From positions 7,936,001 through 8,000,000 of the forward strand of contig CM082590.2 in the NCBI GenBank assembly GCA_040954595.2: a DNA stretch of 64,000 nt. Reading direction: 5' to 3'. Source of the DNA: Balanoglossus misakiensis (taxonomy: Eukaryota > Animalia > Hemichordata). Below the pieces are notes generated by a model. The model saw only the letters and a list, made by a program, of their open reading frames with translations, was not told the DNA's origin and made no database searches. The position numbers and the translations under genes are program-made. Positions 44,878-57,359 of the stretch are shown in pieces (within the stretch, counting starts at the first letter, position 1; each line of letters begins with the position of its first letter).

Positions 44878-46521
44878 TACATTCTAAATATTACCAACTT
44901 TGGATGGAAATTCTTTGCGATGAGTGATTGACAGATGCTGGTATACTCACAGAGTTAGTGAGTTATTCCAAACATTCTTAATTACTTTTTGTGTGCTAAG
45001 GTGGTCAAATCAGACATTTTCAATGCATTATGGGTAAAATCACCCACAACTCGAGATCGAACATAGCACACACTATTACCCACCATAGTATGTGTACACA
45101 AAATTAATGATTTAGTGTTGGCATTGTTATATTACCTACTCTATACATCTTATATTTAGCTTACTTCAAAATATGTTGTACTTGTGTACCAGATGTAAAT
45201 TGATTTGACATTGAAAATTAATGCCAATTATTCTTTATTTATATAGCAATCAAAATAAGCTCTGTTTATTAAGTAAGGTTTTAGAGCTTTTTAACTTGAA
45301 TGTGTTTACATGTATATAGGTGTGTAATTTTTGACTGTCTGGTGCTTAGATAGAAGTTATTGGTAAACAATAATATAAGGACCTATAGTGTTTAATTTTA
45401 ACAGAATAGAATCTTGTATTACAATTGTTAGATTTCAGAATTGTGTACCCAGTATTTCAAAAAAATTATTTTTGATGATGTGTAAATTACAAGTACAATA
45501 TGTGAATGAATGTATGTAGGGTAATTTATGAGAAACAAGTGGTTAATTTAAATTCTTTTAGCTATTTTCTCAGTATTTGTCCTTACAAAGTTAAACAAGA
45601 AACCACAATTGGACTTTCTGGTTCTTTAACCCTTTCACTACAATGGTTTGGTCCAAATCCATTGTTTCCTATGGGAAGGTTGGACCACTATAGAGGGAAC
45701 CGGGGGTGAAAGGGTTGAAAAGTTGAAAATCAAGGTTTTCAAGGGACTGAATAGAATTTAGTTGGTACGGTATAAACAGTGGCTATCACAAAGATTAATT
45801 GTACAGGTACATTAATTTATCACTCAGTTAATGGCTTTTATCAACAAAATAAATCTGTCTACTCTGTCAGCTTTTATCTGACTTCCCTGACCTCAAAATA
45901 ATTTGTCTCTCTGTGTATAAATACCTCCAGTTGACATGTTCTGTTGATAAAACTGTCAACTAGTCTGGTCAACTGAAATTTCAGTCAGTGTAGTTGGCAT
46001 TTTCACTTTGATATCAGATAAAGGCCAAAATGAACATAAGGAACTTTTTCTGCAGCTCTGATGTGATATTTGAGCTTTTGGTCACATGAAAGATATGTTT
46101 GATATGAAAGAGTTATAATACGGTCTTACATCCTAAAATGTTGATAATTCATCAGTACATGAAATTTCTGACCTAGATTCATATATTTGCAGACAACAGA
46201 GATTGTGTGCAACACTAGAACTAAGGATTGGCATACTTCAGTTGTCTGGTACACTGCAGGTATTTGTACCATTGTTGTGAAGATGACCCAGCGATGACCT
46301 CAGATTAGTTGAGAAATATACCCACAATTCTCACACCAGTTTTTCAATTGTCTTGGTGTACGCCTTAAGTTAGTCACATATCAATCACACTATTTACATA
46401 TCATATACTTTGATTCACTGATGACGTATACTCAGACATTTTGAAGTGTTTCAATACCATCAAGATAAGGGGCTCTGCTACAAACTGTTTCTGAAGCTTT
46501 TAGAGTTGATACACGTACAGA

Positions 46522-48732
46522 ATGGCGACTGCAGGCACTGAAGGTAAATTTCTGAAAGAAGTGGGCGAGGATTTCCTGTGTTGTACCATCTGTCTGGAGT
46601 TGTTTAAAACTCCGAAAACTCTACCATGTCTGCATACATACTGTGAGCAGTGTTTAGTCACTCTGGTTGAAAAGACAGGATCTCTAACCTGTCCAGAATG
46701 TCGAAAGCAATATCAACTTCCTGGTAGTGGAGTTCCAGGAATCAAGACCAATTTCTTCATTTCAAATTTGATAGAACTGTACAACCGACGACAGGAATCC
46801 ACTCAGAGAGCCGAGATCAAGTGTGAAGGTTGCCAAGAGAATACAGCCACTCACAGGTGTGTAGATCAGTGCCAAAATTATCTGTGTAAAAGCTGTGTAA
46901 AGGTCCATAGAAATCTACCAGTCACCCGAACACACAGACTGATGACCATAGAAGAATATGAAACAGCAAAGTCAACCAGTCCTGTATCATTGCAAGCAGT
47001 AGAATACTGCAGTGTCCACATAGAAAACAAAATTGAATTCTACTGTGAAACCTGTCAGGTGCCTGTCTGTTCAAACTGTACAATTGTCAAACACCGCATA
47101 CCAGAACATGTACACAGAGACTTGAAAGATGCAGCAGATGAGTATCTGAGAGACTTGAAAGTCATGGTGGACAAACTGAAAGTGAAAGAACAGGAAACTG
47201 AAAAGAACAAAAGCCTAGCCAAGCAGGTACACAGCGATCTCACAGAAAAGCATAAGAAAGAAGAAAGGAAGGTGAGAATGACAGCAGAAGAAATCATCAA
47301 CAAAGTAAAGAGAGAAGAGCAGAGACTGGTAGATGAGCTGAATAAAAATTACAAACTGAAAGTAAAAACATCAGCTGTGGACATCGATGAGTTGGAATTA
47401 AAACATGGTAACATTAAGAGTGCATGCAGTTATATTGAAGCACTGATGCATTATGGGAATGCTGCTCAACTTCTCTCAACCAAGGCTGATGCAGAACATC
47501 GCATCAATCAACTTATTGCCATGGAAACTAAACCACAGACAGGGTATGAAGAAGTTGTATTTGAACCAAGGAGTGAGTTTAATGAGCATGGAATTCTGGG
47601 ATCGCTGATATCTGATGTCTGTATCACAAAGTGTACAGTTGAAAACATCCCAAAACAACTTCTGAAAGGTGACTCTGCACACCTGCTGATCACAACCAGA
47701 GATTCCACAGGAAAACAAGTCGTCCCAAATCAACCAGTGAAAGCCAAGGTCAAATACCCTGATGCATCATGGGAAGACATCAAAGTATCAGATAAAAGAG
47801 ATGGTACACACAGAGTGACAGTGACTGGACAAATGGATGGTAAACATCAAGTTACCGTGACAATAGGAGATCAAGCAATACCAGGCTCTCCTGTCATCAT
47901 ACCTGTCATCAAAGGATTGGTTCAAACCATTGGCAGTAAAGGAAGTGCTGAGGGACAGTACAACTTACCCTACAGTGTGGCCATAAACAAAGACAAAGAC
48001 ATTGTCACTGCTGATACAGACAATAACCGACTACAAATAACCACCAGAGAGGGCAGAGTTAAGAAAATCTTGAATTTCACACAATTTGAAAAACCTTTCA
48101 GGCCGCGTGACATAGCTATTTCAAGTGATAATACACACTATAGTTTAGATGACAACAATAAGCAAGTAGTTGTCAGTGATGAGAATGGACGTGTCATCAG
48201 ATGCTTTGGACAGAATGAGCTGAAGAATCCATATGGGATATCTATCAGCCCTGTCAATGGTAATGTCTATGTGACAGACAGTGATGAGCATTGTGTCAGG
48301 ATTTATACACAACATGGCAAATATATTAGGTCATTTGGGTCAGAGGGTAAAGGACAGGGGAAATTCCAGTGGCCCTGGGGAATAGTAGTGGGAAGAAGTG
48401 GGATGGTTTTTGTAGCAGATTCTGACAACAAGCGTATCCAGGTGTTCAATTCAGATGACCAGTTTTTGTATTCCTTTGATTGTCAGAGTGGGGATGGTCA
48501 GCCAAGAGACCCCTTGGGAATAATCATTGAGAATGATAAATATGTGTATGTTAGTACTCACATCCCTTATAGCATACTGAAGTTTGAGAGTGGTGGTAAG
48601 TTTGTTTGTCGTGTTGACAGTGATGGGGATAAGCTGAACAACCCCACTGGTCTGGCACTGACAGATGATGCACCTTGCAGGGTGGTTGTAGCTGATAGGG
48701 ACAACAACCGCATCAAAGTGTTTGTACAGTGA
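46522..48732 (+). CDS. TRIM-NHL E3 ubiquitin ligase (TRIM2/TRIM3-like), copy 2, 736 aa, single coding exon
   Basis: Same RING / B-box / B-box / coiled-coil / filamin / NHL architecture; tandem paralog of 42456-44669 at an offset of ~4.06 kb, with homologous 5' and 3' flanks. Confidence 0.93.
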   Translation: MATAGTEGKFLKEVGEDFLCCTICLELFKTPKTLPCLHTYCEQCLVTLVEKTGSLTCPECRKQYQLPGSGVPGIKTNFFISNLIELYNRRQESTQRAEIKCEGCQENTATHRCVDQCQNYLCKSCVKVHRNLPVTRTHRLMTIEEYETAKSTSPVSLQAVEYCSVHIENKIEFYCETCQVPVCSNCTIVKHRIPEHVHRDLKDAADEYLRDLKVMVDKLKVKEQETEKNKSLAKQVHSDLTEKHKKEERKVRMTAEEIINKVKREEQRLVDELNKNYKLKVKTSAVDIDELELKHGNIKSACSYIEALMHYGNAAQLLSTKADAEHRINQLIAMETKPQTGYEEVVFEPRSEFNEHGILGSLISDVCITKCTVENIPKQLLKGDSAHLLITTRDSTGKQVVPNQPVKAKVKYPDASWEDIKVSDKRDGTHRVTVTGQMDGKHQVTVTIGDQAIPGSPVIIPVIKGLVQTIGSKGSAEGQYNLPYSVAINKDKDIVTADTDNNRLQITTREGRVKKILNFTQFEKPFRPRDIAISSDNTHYSLDDNNKQVVVSDENGRVIRCFGQNELKNPYGISISPVNGNVYVTDSDEHCVRIYTQHGKYIRSFGSEGKGQGKFQWPWGIVVGRSGMVFVADSDNKRIQVFNSDDQFLYSFDCQSGDGQPRDPLGIIIENDKYVYVSTHIPYSILKFESGGKFVCRVDSDGDKLNNPTGLALTDDAPCRVVVADRDNNRIKVFVQ

Positions 48733-50584
48733 CACTCAAACATCACAAGATGAAGCAGACTATATTCCAAATGTATCCAACTTTGGATGAGAATTCTTTG
48801 TGATGAGTGACAGACTGATATTCCTCACAGAGTTAGTGAGTTATATCGCAAAAACTCGAAATTGTCAAATCAGACTTTGACTTTGCAATGTGGGTAAAAG
48901 CATCCACAACTCAAGATTGAATTATGAAATTTTTACTTCCAATCATTGTATAAACAGTAAAATTTACTAGTTTGGTCATAGACACTAATTTTTTTTTACA
49001 GTCTATAGGTTTGGTTTACGTTGTATATTTGTAGCATGTTTGTGACATTACTCAGAGAGCTTTGGGTACTTTAAATATACTCAGGCCAAAGTTTATTCTT
49101 TGCATTTATCCAAGCACCTGCTCATTTTCAGATTTTTTAGATAAAAATACAGTTTTTAGGCAGAAATGTATCACATTGATATTGTCAATGTATTTGAGGG
49201 TGGGTGGGGTGTACTGTTCCTTCCAAATTCCCTGGAATTATATTATGCAAGATGTAGATGTATCAATATTCTTTATATATCTGTTACCATGGTTACTTTG
49301 TTGTAAACTGATTTGACCGGATCACCTTTTGTTTCATATTAACTGGAAAGAAATTGTATGTGTGTTGTTGGAAGATTCATGTTTGTGAACTGAAATTTTT
49401 GTTTTATGTGCATACATGATTGACATCAAAACATGAATTAAAATACAAGACAGTTGATTTTTTCTCTTCAAAAACATTTATTGAATCCTTAAACACAACA
49501 ACAACAACAACAAAAGTTTGTTAGGCCAGAGAATTTTATTCTTACCTAGTATGTAGTAAAGTTCCGGAAATGTCAATGCTTGGTGTAATTCTTTACGGCA
49601 AGAGAAAGACAATGGTTTGCCAGAATAGAGTGAAAAAGAAAGATTTTGCATTTGTGGTAATAAACATTGAAATCACTGATTGAACTAATATGCTTGTAGA
49701 GTCGGTCATTCCTTTTACCCTTTCACCACTATGGTTCGGTCCATATCTAATGTTTTCAGTGGTAAAGTTGGACCTCTACACAGGGATTTGGGGGGTGATC
49801 ATCGCACTCTAGCTGGCTGAACTCCCCTCCATAGCTGCATCTGACGATGTTGGCCAGTGTTCTGGTAAACTGGGCGTGTTGCTATGCTACAGAGAACAAG
49901 AAACTGAATTTGTTACAAAAAAACCCACAAATACTGAAAAATAGCTCTCACCCCTTCACCACCATGGTTCAGTCCAAACAAAATCTTTTCTATGGTAAGG
50001 TAGGACCTCTATAGAGGGAACTGGGGTGAAAGTGCTAAGTTGCAGACAGTCGTCCTCTAAAATGGTACATATACTGTAAAACACTTTAAATTTTAACAGC
50101 ATACTTCTTGAGCTTTTCATCCTATGAGGGCATCTCAAGTAACCATGGTAAATATGGAGAAAAGTTTGAAATACAACGTCTCCAAATAACAAATTAACAC
50201 CCTAGCTAAAATAACATGATAACTAAAAGATATGTTTTTACAGTACAGTAAAATCAGAAGAAATCGTTCGCTTAATTTGCAGAGGTGTTCAGTTTACAGT
50301 TGTCTTTTAATAAATGGTAATACATGTATGTGGTTTATGTCGAAGGGATGGAAAAAGGTGTTCAGTATAGACAGGTTTCCAGATTAGACAGTGTTTAGTT
50401 TAGACTGGTTTGAAAGTACAGTATATCAAGTACGGTATATCAAGTAGAAAGATTAAAGGCCGCCATCTTGTCTGTTGTTAGGACTGAGCACTGCCTTATG
50501 GGATTGACTGTTCACTAAACGTCTGTAACCAGCGGCTACAGCTGGAACATGCGTGTGAGACGAGCTAGGCGCTTTCAATTCCCT

Positions 50585-52367
50585 TCAGGCATTGGATTGC
50601 TGTGTGCCTTCATTGTCAGATAACGCTTCTTTGTGTTGTAGTGTTTGGTTGTGTTTAGTGAGATGATTTTTCTGGCGGAAGGATTTGTTGCATGCAGTGC
50701 ACTCGCATGATTTCCCCGCGTCGTGTATCAGGAGGTGGGTCTTGAAGTGGTGCATTCGTTTGAACTCGTCGCCGCACTCTTGACATTTGAATCTTCTGAG
50801 TCCGCTGTCTGTCAACTGGTGCGTCGCAAGGGCGGTGCTGTGCTTGAACTTTTGGCCGCATTTCTGGCACTGGTACGGCGCGACGTCCGAGTGAGTGACC
50901 GCGTGCCTTTCCAGAGACCTGTACGTGCGCCCTCCATTCCCGCGTACGCTTGAAGCCCTTGCTGCAATTTTTGAAGGTGTATTGTCTGTCGTGTTCATGT
51001 TCCTTCAGGGCTCCTTTCTCAGTGAAAACTCTCCCGCAGTTTTTGCACCCGAACGATTTTTCCGTGACGCGCTTTTCCCCACGGTTCTCGAAGCGCTGTT
51101 CTTGATTGCCAGAAACGGTCTTTTCACCAACATGGCCTACTCGATTATCTTCTTGTCCATCCTCGCGACGTATACCCTCCAAAGAGTTTACGGTCGGCTT
51201 TGCGTGTCTCCGCAGATCGCGTTTATTGGTGAGATCGCGTTTCTTAGAGAAACGTCGTCCTCTCTGATCGCAAGCCATCTTCCGATTCAGTTTTTTCTTC
51301 ATTGAACCATTCTTCTTCCCACGCAATCCTGATTCACTTTTCACCACCTTTTTGTTGTCTGGAGGACCTTCTCTCATCACATCTTTGACCACACGTATCT
51401 TTCTGTTCCGAATACTCTGCTTTTTTGCGGTATGACCTTTGACCTGCCCGCTTTGTTGCGTGTGTATGTACCCAATGGACAGACAACCTTGATGAATCAA
51501 GCATTCCATAAAAACCATTTTGTCTGATGAAGAAGAAAAAAAGATGAACTCATAATTTTATATGTTTGCTATATTAAACACACTTTGAAATATGAACAGT
51601 ATCTCTATTACATTCAGCACAAGATGTTATCGCTCATCCATTTGGCAAAATTTGATTATAGTGACAATCAATTATTTCATAATTGACTAATAAAATGTAA
51701 CTATATAATATATAGCTGTAGGGATAATGATTTAACCCTTTCACCACCATGGTTCAGTCCAAACCCATCTCTTACAGTGACTTGTAAAATGTACACAAAG
51801 TCTTTATGGTTGTATATCAGTGCAACATTTGCGTACCTAACTTTGACAGTGTATTGCCATGGAAACGGTCTCTCACTGCACTGACTGAGTTTTGGAAGTA
51901 GATTCCCAACTCGTCCATTCTGTCAGCCATCTTGATTTCTCCAATTATTCCTCGACAGACTGGAAAAAAAGGTGAAATGAAAGTCTCATGAAAGTGACAA
52001 AAAGATAATACTGTAGATATTTATTTTGGGGACTCCCTTAACACCACCATGACCACGCCCCCCTCCCCCCCCCCCGGCCACAAGAGGTCATAGACGACCA
52101 AGGCGAGTGATCTAATGTAATAACAAGGTGAGTGACTATAAAAAGGCTTCCAACAATGACAATCAACAATGCTGACTGAGATAATAATTACATCTAAGAG
52201 AACTTACCGCGTGGATCTAAGATGGTTCGATTACCCTCCTCCGACTTGTCGTTGTTTACTTTGAGTTCAGTCTTCTGGTCCGAGCGATCGCTCCCTGCAG
52301 ATTCACAGAAAATAATCTCAAAGTCTTCTCCGAAAGGAAAACTGAGGTTTTCCTTCGTGTCCATCAT
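50585..52367 (-). pseudogene. C2H2 zinc-finger gene with a frameshift and degenerate fingers (pseudogene, truncated allele or assembly error)
   Basis: In-frame GT-AG exons 52208-52367 (MMDTKENL...), 51837-51959 and a last exon starting at 51523. Upstream fingers (GCKNCGRVF..H) lie in one frame. Three downstream fingers (YQCQKCGQKF, FKCQECGDEF..H...H, CECTACNKSF..H) lie in another, with the shift near 50915-50930. Several Cys/His ligands are lost. Confidence 0.7.
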
Positions 52368-54015
52368 TTAACGTCGGGAGAGAACAGGAAAAACGGTCCT
52401 TAAAGGTCTTTGATGGAAATGAACATGTGTAAACAGGCAACATGCAGGAATTATGCTGATGACCTTTGCACTTTGCTAGAGGGCGCTACGACACACCAAA
52501 CAAATGGATCAAGCGTTGAAAAATTTGGGTGCGCTGTTTACTCACATATCCATTGGACACAAAAACCCGGGGTTTCAATAAAGCCTTTAATAAAAATAAG
52601 TTATTTTTACTCTAAATTGCCAATCTTACTTTTCACGATTCTTACTGTTTTATTGAAAATAGAATATGACATTATCTCAGTTTTGTAACGGCTAGCGAGC
52701 GATCTTCAACATGATGATTTCTTCTAAATCAACTCAAACTCAGACAAATTGTTGTTTTTTTCCTCAATACGATATATATGGTTTGTAATAAAAATAACTT
52801 TATTTAAAATGCTTACCACCTACGGGCAATTTTTCACAACTTAGATTTTAAGAAATAATAACTGGATAACATTTTCAAAATGATGCAATATACAGTAACC
52901 TTTAATAAGCATAAAATAGTTTAGCAATACGCAGATATAATTTTCTTCTGCATATTTAATTGTCCCTTTATGCGTTGTGGTATGTACATTTCGGGTTGCC
53001 ATGGCGCGTATGCAAATAAGGTCTAACGCACCGAGAACGCTTACTGCACACCTGTAATTTAGGTCCGATGAAAAATCACTGTCAAACGTTCACCCATTTG
53101 AACGAAGTCCGTCTAGGTGATAATTTACTTTAATACAATAAACTCACAAACATTGATTAGAGTTTGATTTCAAGAAGGTCATCAAGGGTCAGTTGCAAAT
53201 GAAATCGACAATATCATGAATATGAAAAAGTAAAAAGTTTCAACATCATTGTCTACGCATGCGTGAGAGAAAAAACTTGGCAGACGACACGTGCGCGCCT
53301 TTACCTGGACAATTTGAATGTGGAGCAAATATTATCCCCCAAAATTGGCAGCGAGGACCCACTTCCACGGATTATCTATTCAAGGAATAACTGCCAGTGG
53401 AATATCGAAGAATTCGTGAAGGACGTCTTTTTGCAGGACGTCGCCAGAGACAAGATTTAACGCGAATTGTGTGCGCGTGGAGTCTACCTGGTACAAGATA
53501 GTGTGTATGAAGACGACAAGGTGAGAATTAAAACTGAGTTAATGTTTGCAGTCCTCCCATTCACCCGAAGTGTAGCGCACTGTGGTAGCCTATATATAAG
53601 GTTTTCACATTTGTTCCTAGTCCCAAGGTTTACAATGATTACTGTGTACATTTTAGTGGAAATCGTCGCAAAACACCTTACGTGTGTGGAGTAAACGCGT
53701 AGGCGCACAGCAGTAAAAAATCTTTATGTATGAAGCAGTATAAAGACATTTAGACTAAAAGAAGAGTGGCTGTAGTGGGCTATAGTCTAATTTGTTCCAA
53801 ATTCTACGCTAATTCTACCTAAACGGCAATAGTTTCGCTGCATAAACCTCCCGATCTCAAAAAGCATTTTTTATTAATTGATGTTTCTGACTTCTTTCAT
53901 CTTAAAATGTAAACTATGCCTAGTCTGCTAGACGTAACATACACCTAACGCCCACATGATTAAGATTTTGGGCAACGCCTTGGGAGAGATAGATATAGCT
54001 ATAGGTGGTTGGGTG

Positions 54016-54031
54016 GATGGATGGATGGATG

Positions 54032-54124
<93 letters not shown>

Positions 54125-54133
54125 GTAGGTAGG

Positions 54134-54172
<39 letters not shown>

Positions 54173-54221
54173 GTAGGTAGGTAGGTAGGTAGATAGATAG
54201 ATAGGTAGGTAGGTAGGTAGG

Positions 54222-54291
<70 letters not shown>
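54016..54291 (+). repeat. (GATA)n/(GGTA)n/(GGAT)n microsatellite
   Basis: Direct reading. A second pure (GATA)n tract at 54561-54675 and a GA-rich tract at 54895-55013. Confidence 0.97.
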
Positions 54292-54292
<1 letters not shown>

Positions 54293-54559
54293 TCACCACC
54301 CACCATTACAGAGTCATACGGCGACTCCGTATGGACCGCTTGACTTCAAAGAAAAAATAATCAAACTTGGTAATTGGTACGACCACTTGCACGCAAATCA
54401 GTGCGTCTGTCTCTGCTTCGTGACAGTTTAAATTGCCATGTGAAAAACTCGCAGCTTGTAACACCTGTTGGATATTAATCCCCCATGAGCTGAAACTTTT
54501 TGACTTGTTTTCGTGATTCACTTTCAAACTTGTGTGCATATCTGACTGTCGTGACAGCC

Positions 54560-54676
<117 letters not shown>

Positions 54677-56049
54677 TTCAATAAGTCAATCGACATAGTG
54701 AACGTAGAAATTTAATACATTTAAAAAAATCGATTTATTTTGAAAGTAAAGTCACAGTGTCAGAAAATTATTTTGGTCTTATTCCTCTGGTCTTTCCGTA
54801 CATAAGATGTTCAGAAGACAGGAGTGGGTGAATTTGTCTCCATTAATTACTCGAAAAAAGACAACTCACACTTGAACAAATATAAAAAATAAAATGAGAG
54901 AGAAAGGGGAAAGAGAAGAGAGAGGGGGAGAGAGGGGGGAAGGAGAAAGAGAGAGGGGGGAGGGAGAGAGACGGAGAGAGAGAGGGGAGAGCGAGAGAAA
55001 GAAAGAAAGAGAGAATCGCCATGTCCTACCACTAGGGGCGCACTATGCGAGAAAGGTCAGGGAATCCTCCAATGTTGACCTTTGACCTGTAACCACACGT
55101 GTACTGTTTGTTGATACTGTGATTCTGTTGCAAGCACGCGTACAGCCAGAAATTGCCTCGAACTTTCACCAAATCCGGTCAAGAAGCGCCCGTGGTTTCA
55201 TTATAGGTTGCCTAAACTCCGCACCTGTGCAAGGAGGAGACTGAATCCACAGGAAAATCACAGTAAGATTGTATTTTTGCATGATTTTTACAGTCATGTT
55301 GTGATTGTTTACATGCCGAGCGCTAGGGGTAGGGCATATGGATAGGGCATCCAACAACAGCGTGGCCAGTAAACACAGCCCTGCCGAGCAGAGCTGAGAT
55401 AGCCGTAGCCGTCCAACCTTCCGACAGCGTGAAATATAGGGATCGAAGGGGCCTGGCTCCGATAATTTTCGGTTTTGTCCGCGTCTTCGACAACAACACA
55501 CTCCTGCGGTGTTGGAGTGAGCGCAGTAGAAATCCCTCGTGTGCTCAAATCCGGATCAAAACAACTCAACTGTTTCCCCAATCGACCGTCGAAACTGGCT
55601 TTTAGTGATAAAATTACCCGCGTTTTAATAATAATATTGTGATGCAAATATTAACTGCAGTAGCTGTTGTAAATGAGATGACCGCTTCGCTGTTAATGTA
55701 ACTTGTAAGTGGTTAGACCTTCATTGAACATTTTCAATCGGTGTGTAATAATAGTAGGTGGGTCGACACCATGGTTCAGGGTTTGAATCGTTTTAATAGC
55801 TTTTTATTTCTCGAGCATTATCTTGGTTGTTTACAAAACCATCACTTCTGTGGGGAAAAAAAGAATAAACATGACGTAATGTTTTGAAAGTACAATGTAG
55901 TAACATACATAATTTCCATAATGAAATTCACATAGTGTACTCAGTGTGTATATTTCAGGGTATTTCTGTGATATGTAAAAATTCTGTCAGATTATGATTT
56001 TTATTTTGAGAAATTCTACAAAATGTTCAGTAATAACCTCTGTGAACCC

Positions 56050-56590
56050 AAATTTCCCCTGGAGGCTTAAATTTTGGGTTAATTAAGACCTGAAATAGAA
56101 AATCCAGCCAGATAAACAGGGCTGAAATGTCATACAGCTTGTCAGGCTAGGATATCTCCATCCCCAGTGTTCTGCTGAGGTTGTAAATAAGTGGGGCCAA
56201 ATATCCCCTAGAAGATTAAATTTTGGGTTAAATATTAAATAATCTTTATATCTTGACAGTAATGACCTGAAATAGAAAATACAGCCAGATAAACAGGACT
56301 AAAATATCAAACAGCTTATCAGGCTAGGATATCTCCATCCCCAGTGTTCTACTGAGGTTGTAAATAAGTGGGGCCAAATTTCCCCTGGAAGCTTAAATTT
56401 GCTTAAATATTAAATAATCTTTATATCTTGACAGTAATGACCTGAAATAGAAAATACAGCCAGATAAACAGGACTAAAATATCAAACAGCTTATCAGGCT
56501 AGGATATCTCCATCCCCAGTGTTCTGCTGAGGTTGTAAATAAGTGGGGCCAAATTTCCCCTGGAAGCTTAAATTTTGGGTTAAATATTAA
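56050..56590 (+). repeat. Same ~177-bp satellite, ~3 units, inside composite repeat B
   Basis: Unit gaaatagaaaatacagccagataaacagg...gaggttgtaaataagtggggccaaatttcccctggaagctt repeated three times. Confidence 0.9.
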
Positions 56591-57359
56591 AATTTAATAA
56601 CCAAACCTTCATATGAAGTCTTGTACAGCCAGATAAATTTTAATGTTTACCAGTGAAGCTTACATTTTGCCAATATCTCAAAAAAATAAATTAAATATCT
56701 TGTCAGGCTAGGATATTCCCATCCTGTTGTAAGTGGGACTAAATGTTCCCTGTTCAAATCATTATACAGCACATTGATGTACACAAATATATATATCTAT
56801 TGCTAACACGTAAGAAAAATAAGACTTGAAATAAAAAATACAGCCAGATAAATTTGACCAAATCAGTTCGATTAACTTTTATGTTAAACATAAATATGTC
56901 GAGATAAAATAATTTCAACTTGAAGGGATAGTGGCTGTTAGCAAAATTGTTTAAAATCAATCATGCAAAATCACTTAAACTAAGTAGACTATTTTAATTT
57001 GGTTTGTGTCACACCAAGAACCATTTTCCTGTTCCTTTTTGATGAAATGCTGGGACAAATTTTTATTTCAAAATCAAACTGTATGTGCTGAGCTCAGGCC
57101 AAATACTCTATGTGGTCATTTACATACGAAAGCACATGTACACTAACTATGCAGAGACCATGTTGAACTTTCAGTATAGACTTACTTTCTTGTCGTTTTT
57201 TACAACTTTTAAAACTGTGTAGCCAGATCAAAATTTCCTGGCGTGATTTCTACAACAATTCCCCTTCTAGTTACCGTGTTTTTGCAATTCAAACGTTCAA
57301 AATAGAAGTATCCGGCCAAATTCAAAATGTATTGAAGATTAGAAATTGACATGATTGAG

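Noticed and set aside
53263-53530. Plus-strand coding exon(s) divergent from the zinc-finger gene (CpG-rich, donor-like AAG/gtgaga at 53521)
   Set aside because: Short ORFs with non-ATG starts, no recognisable domain and no downstream exon found; could be a non-coding first exon but is unsupported.
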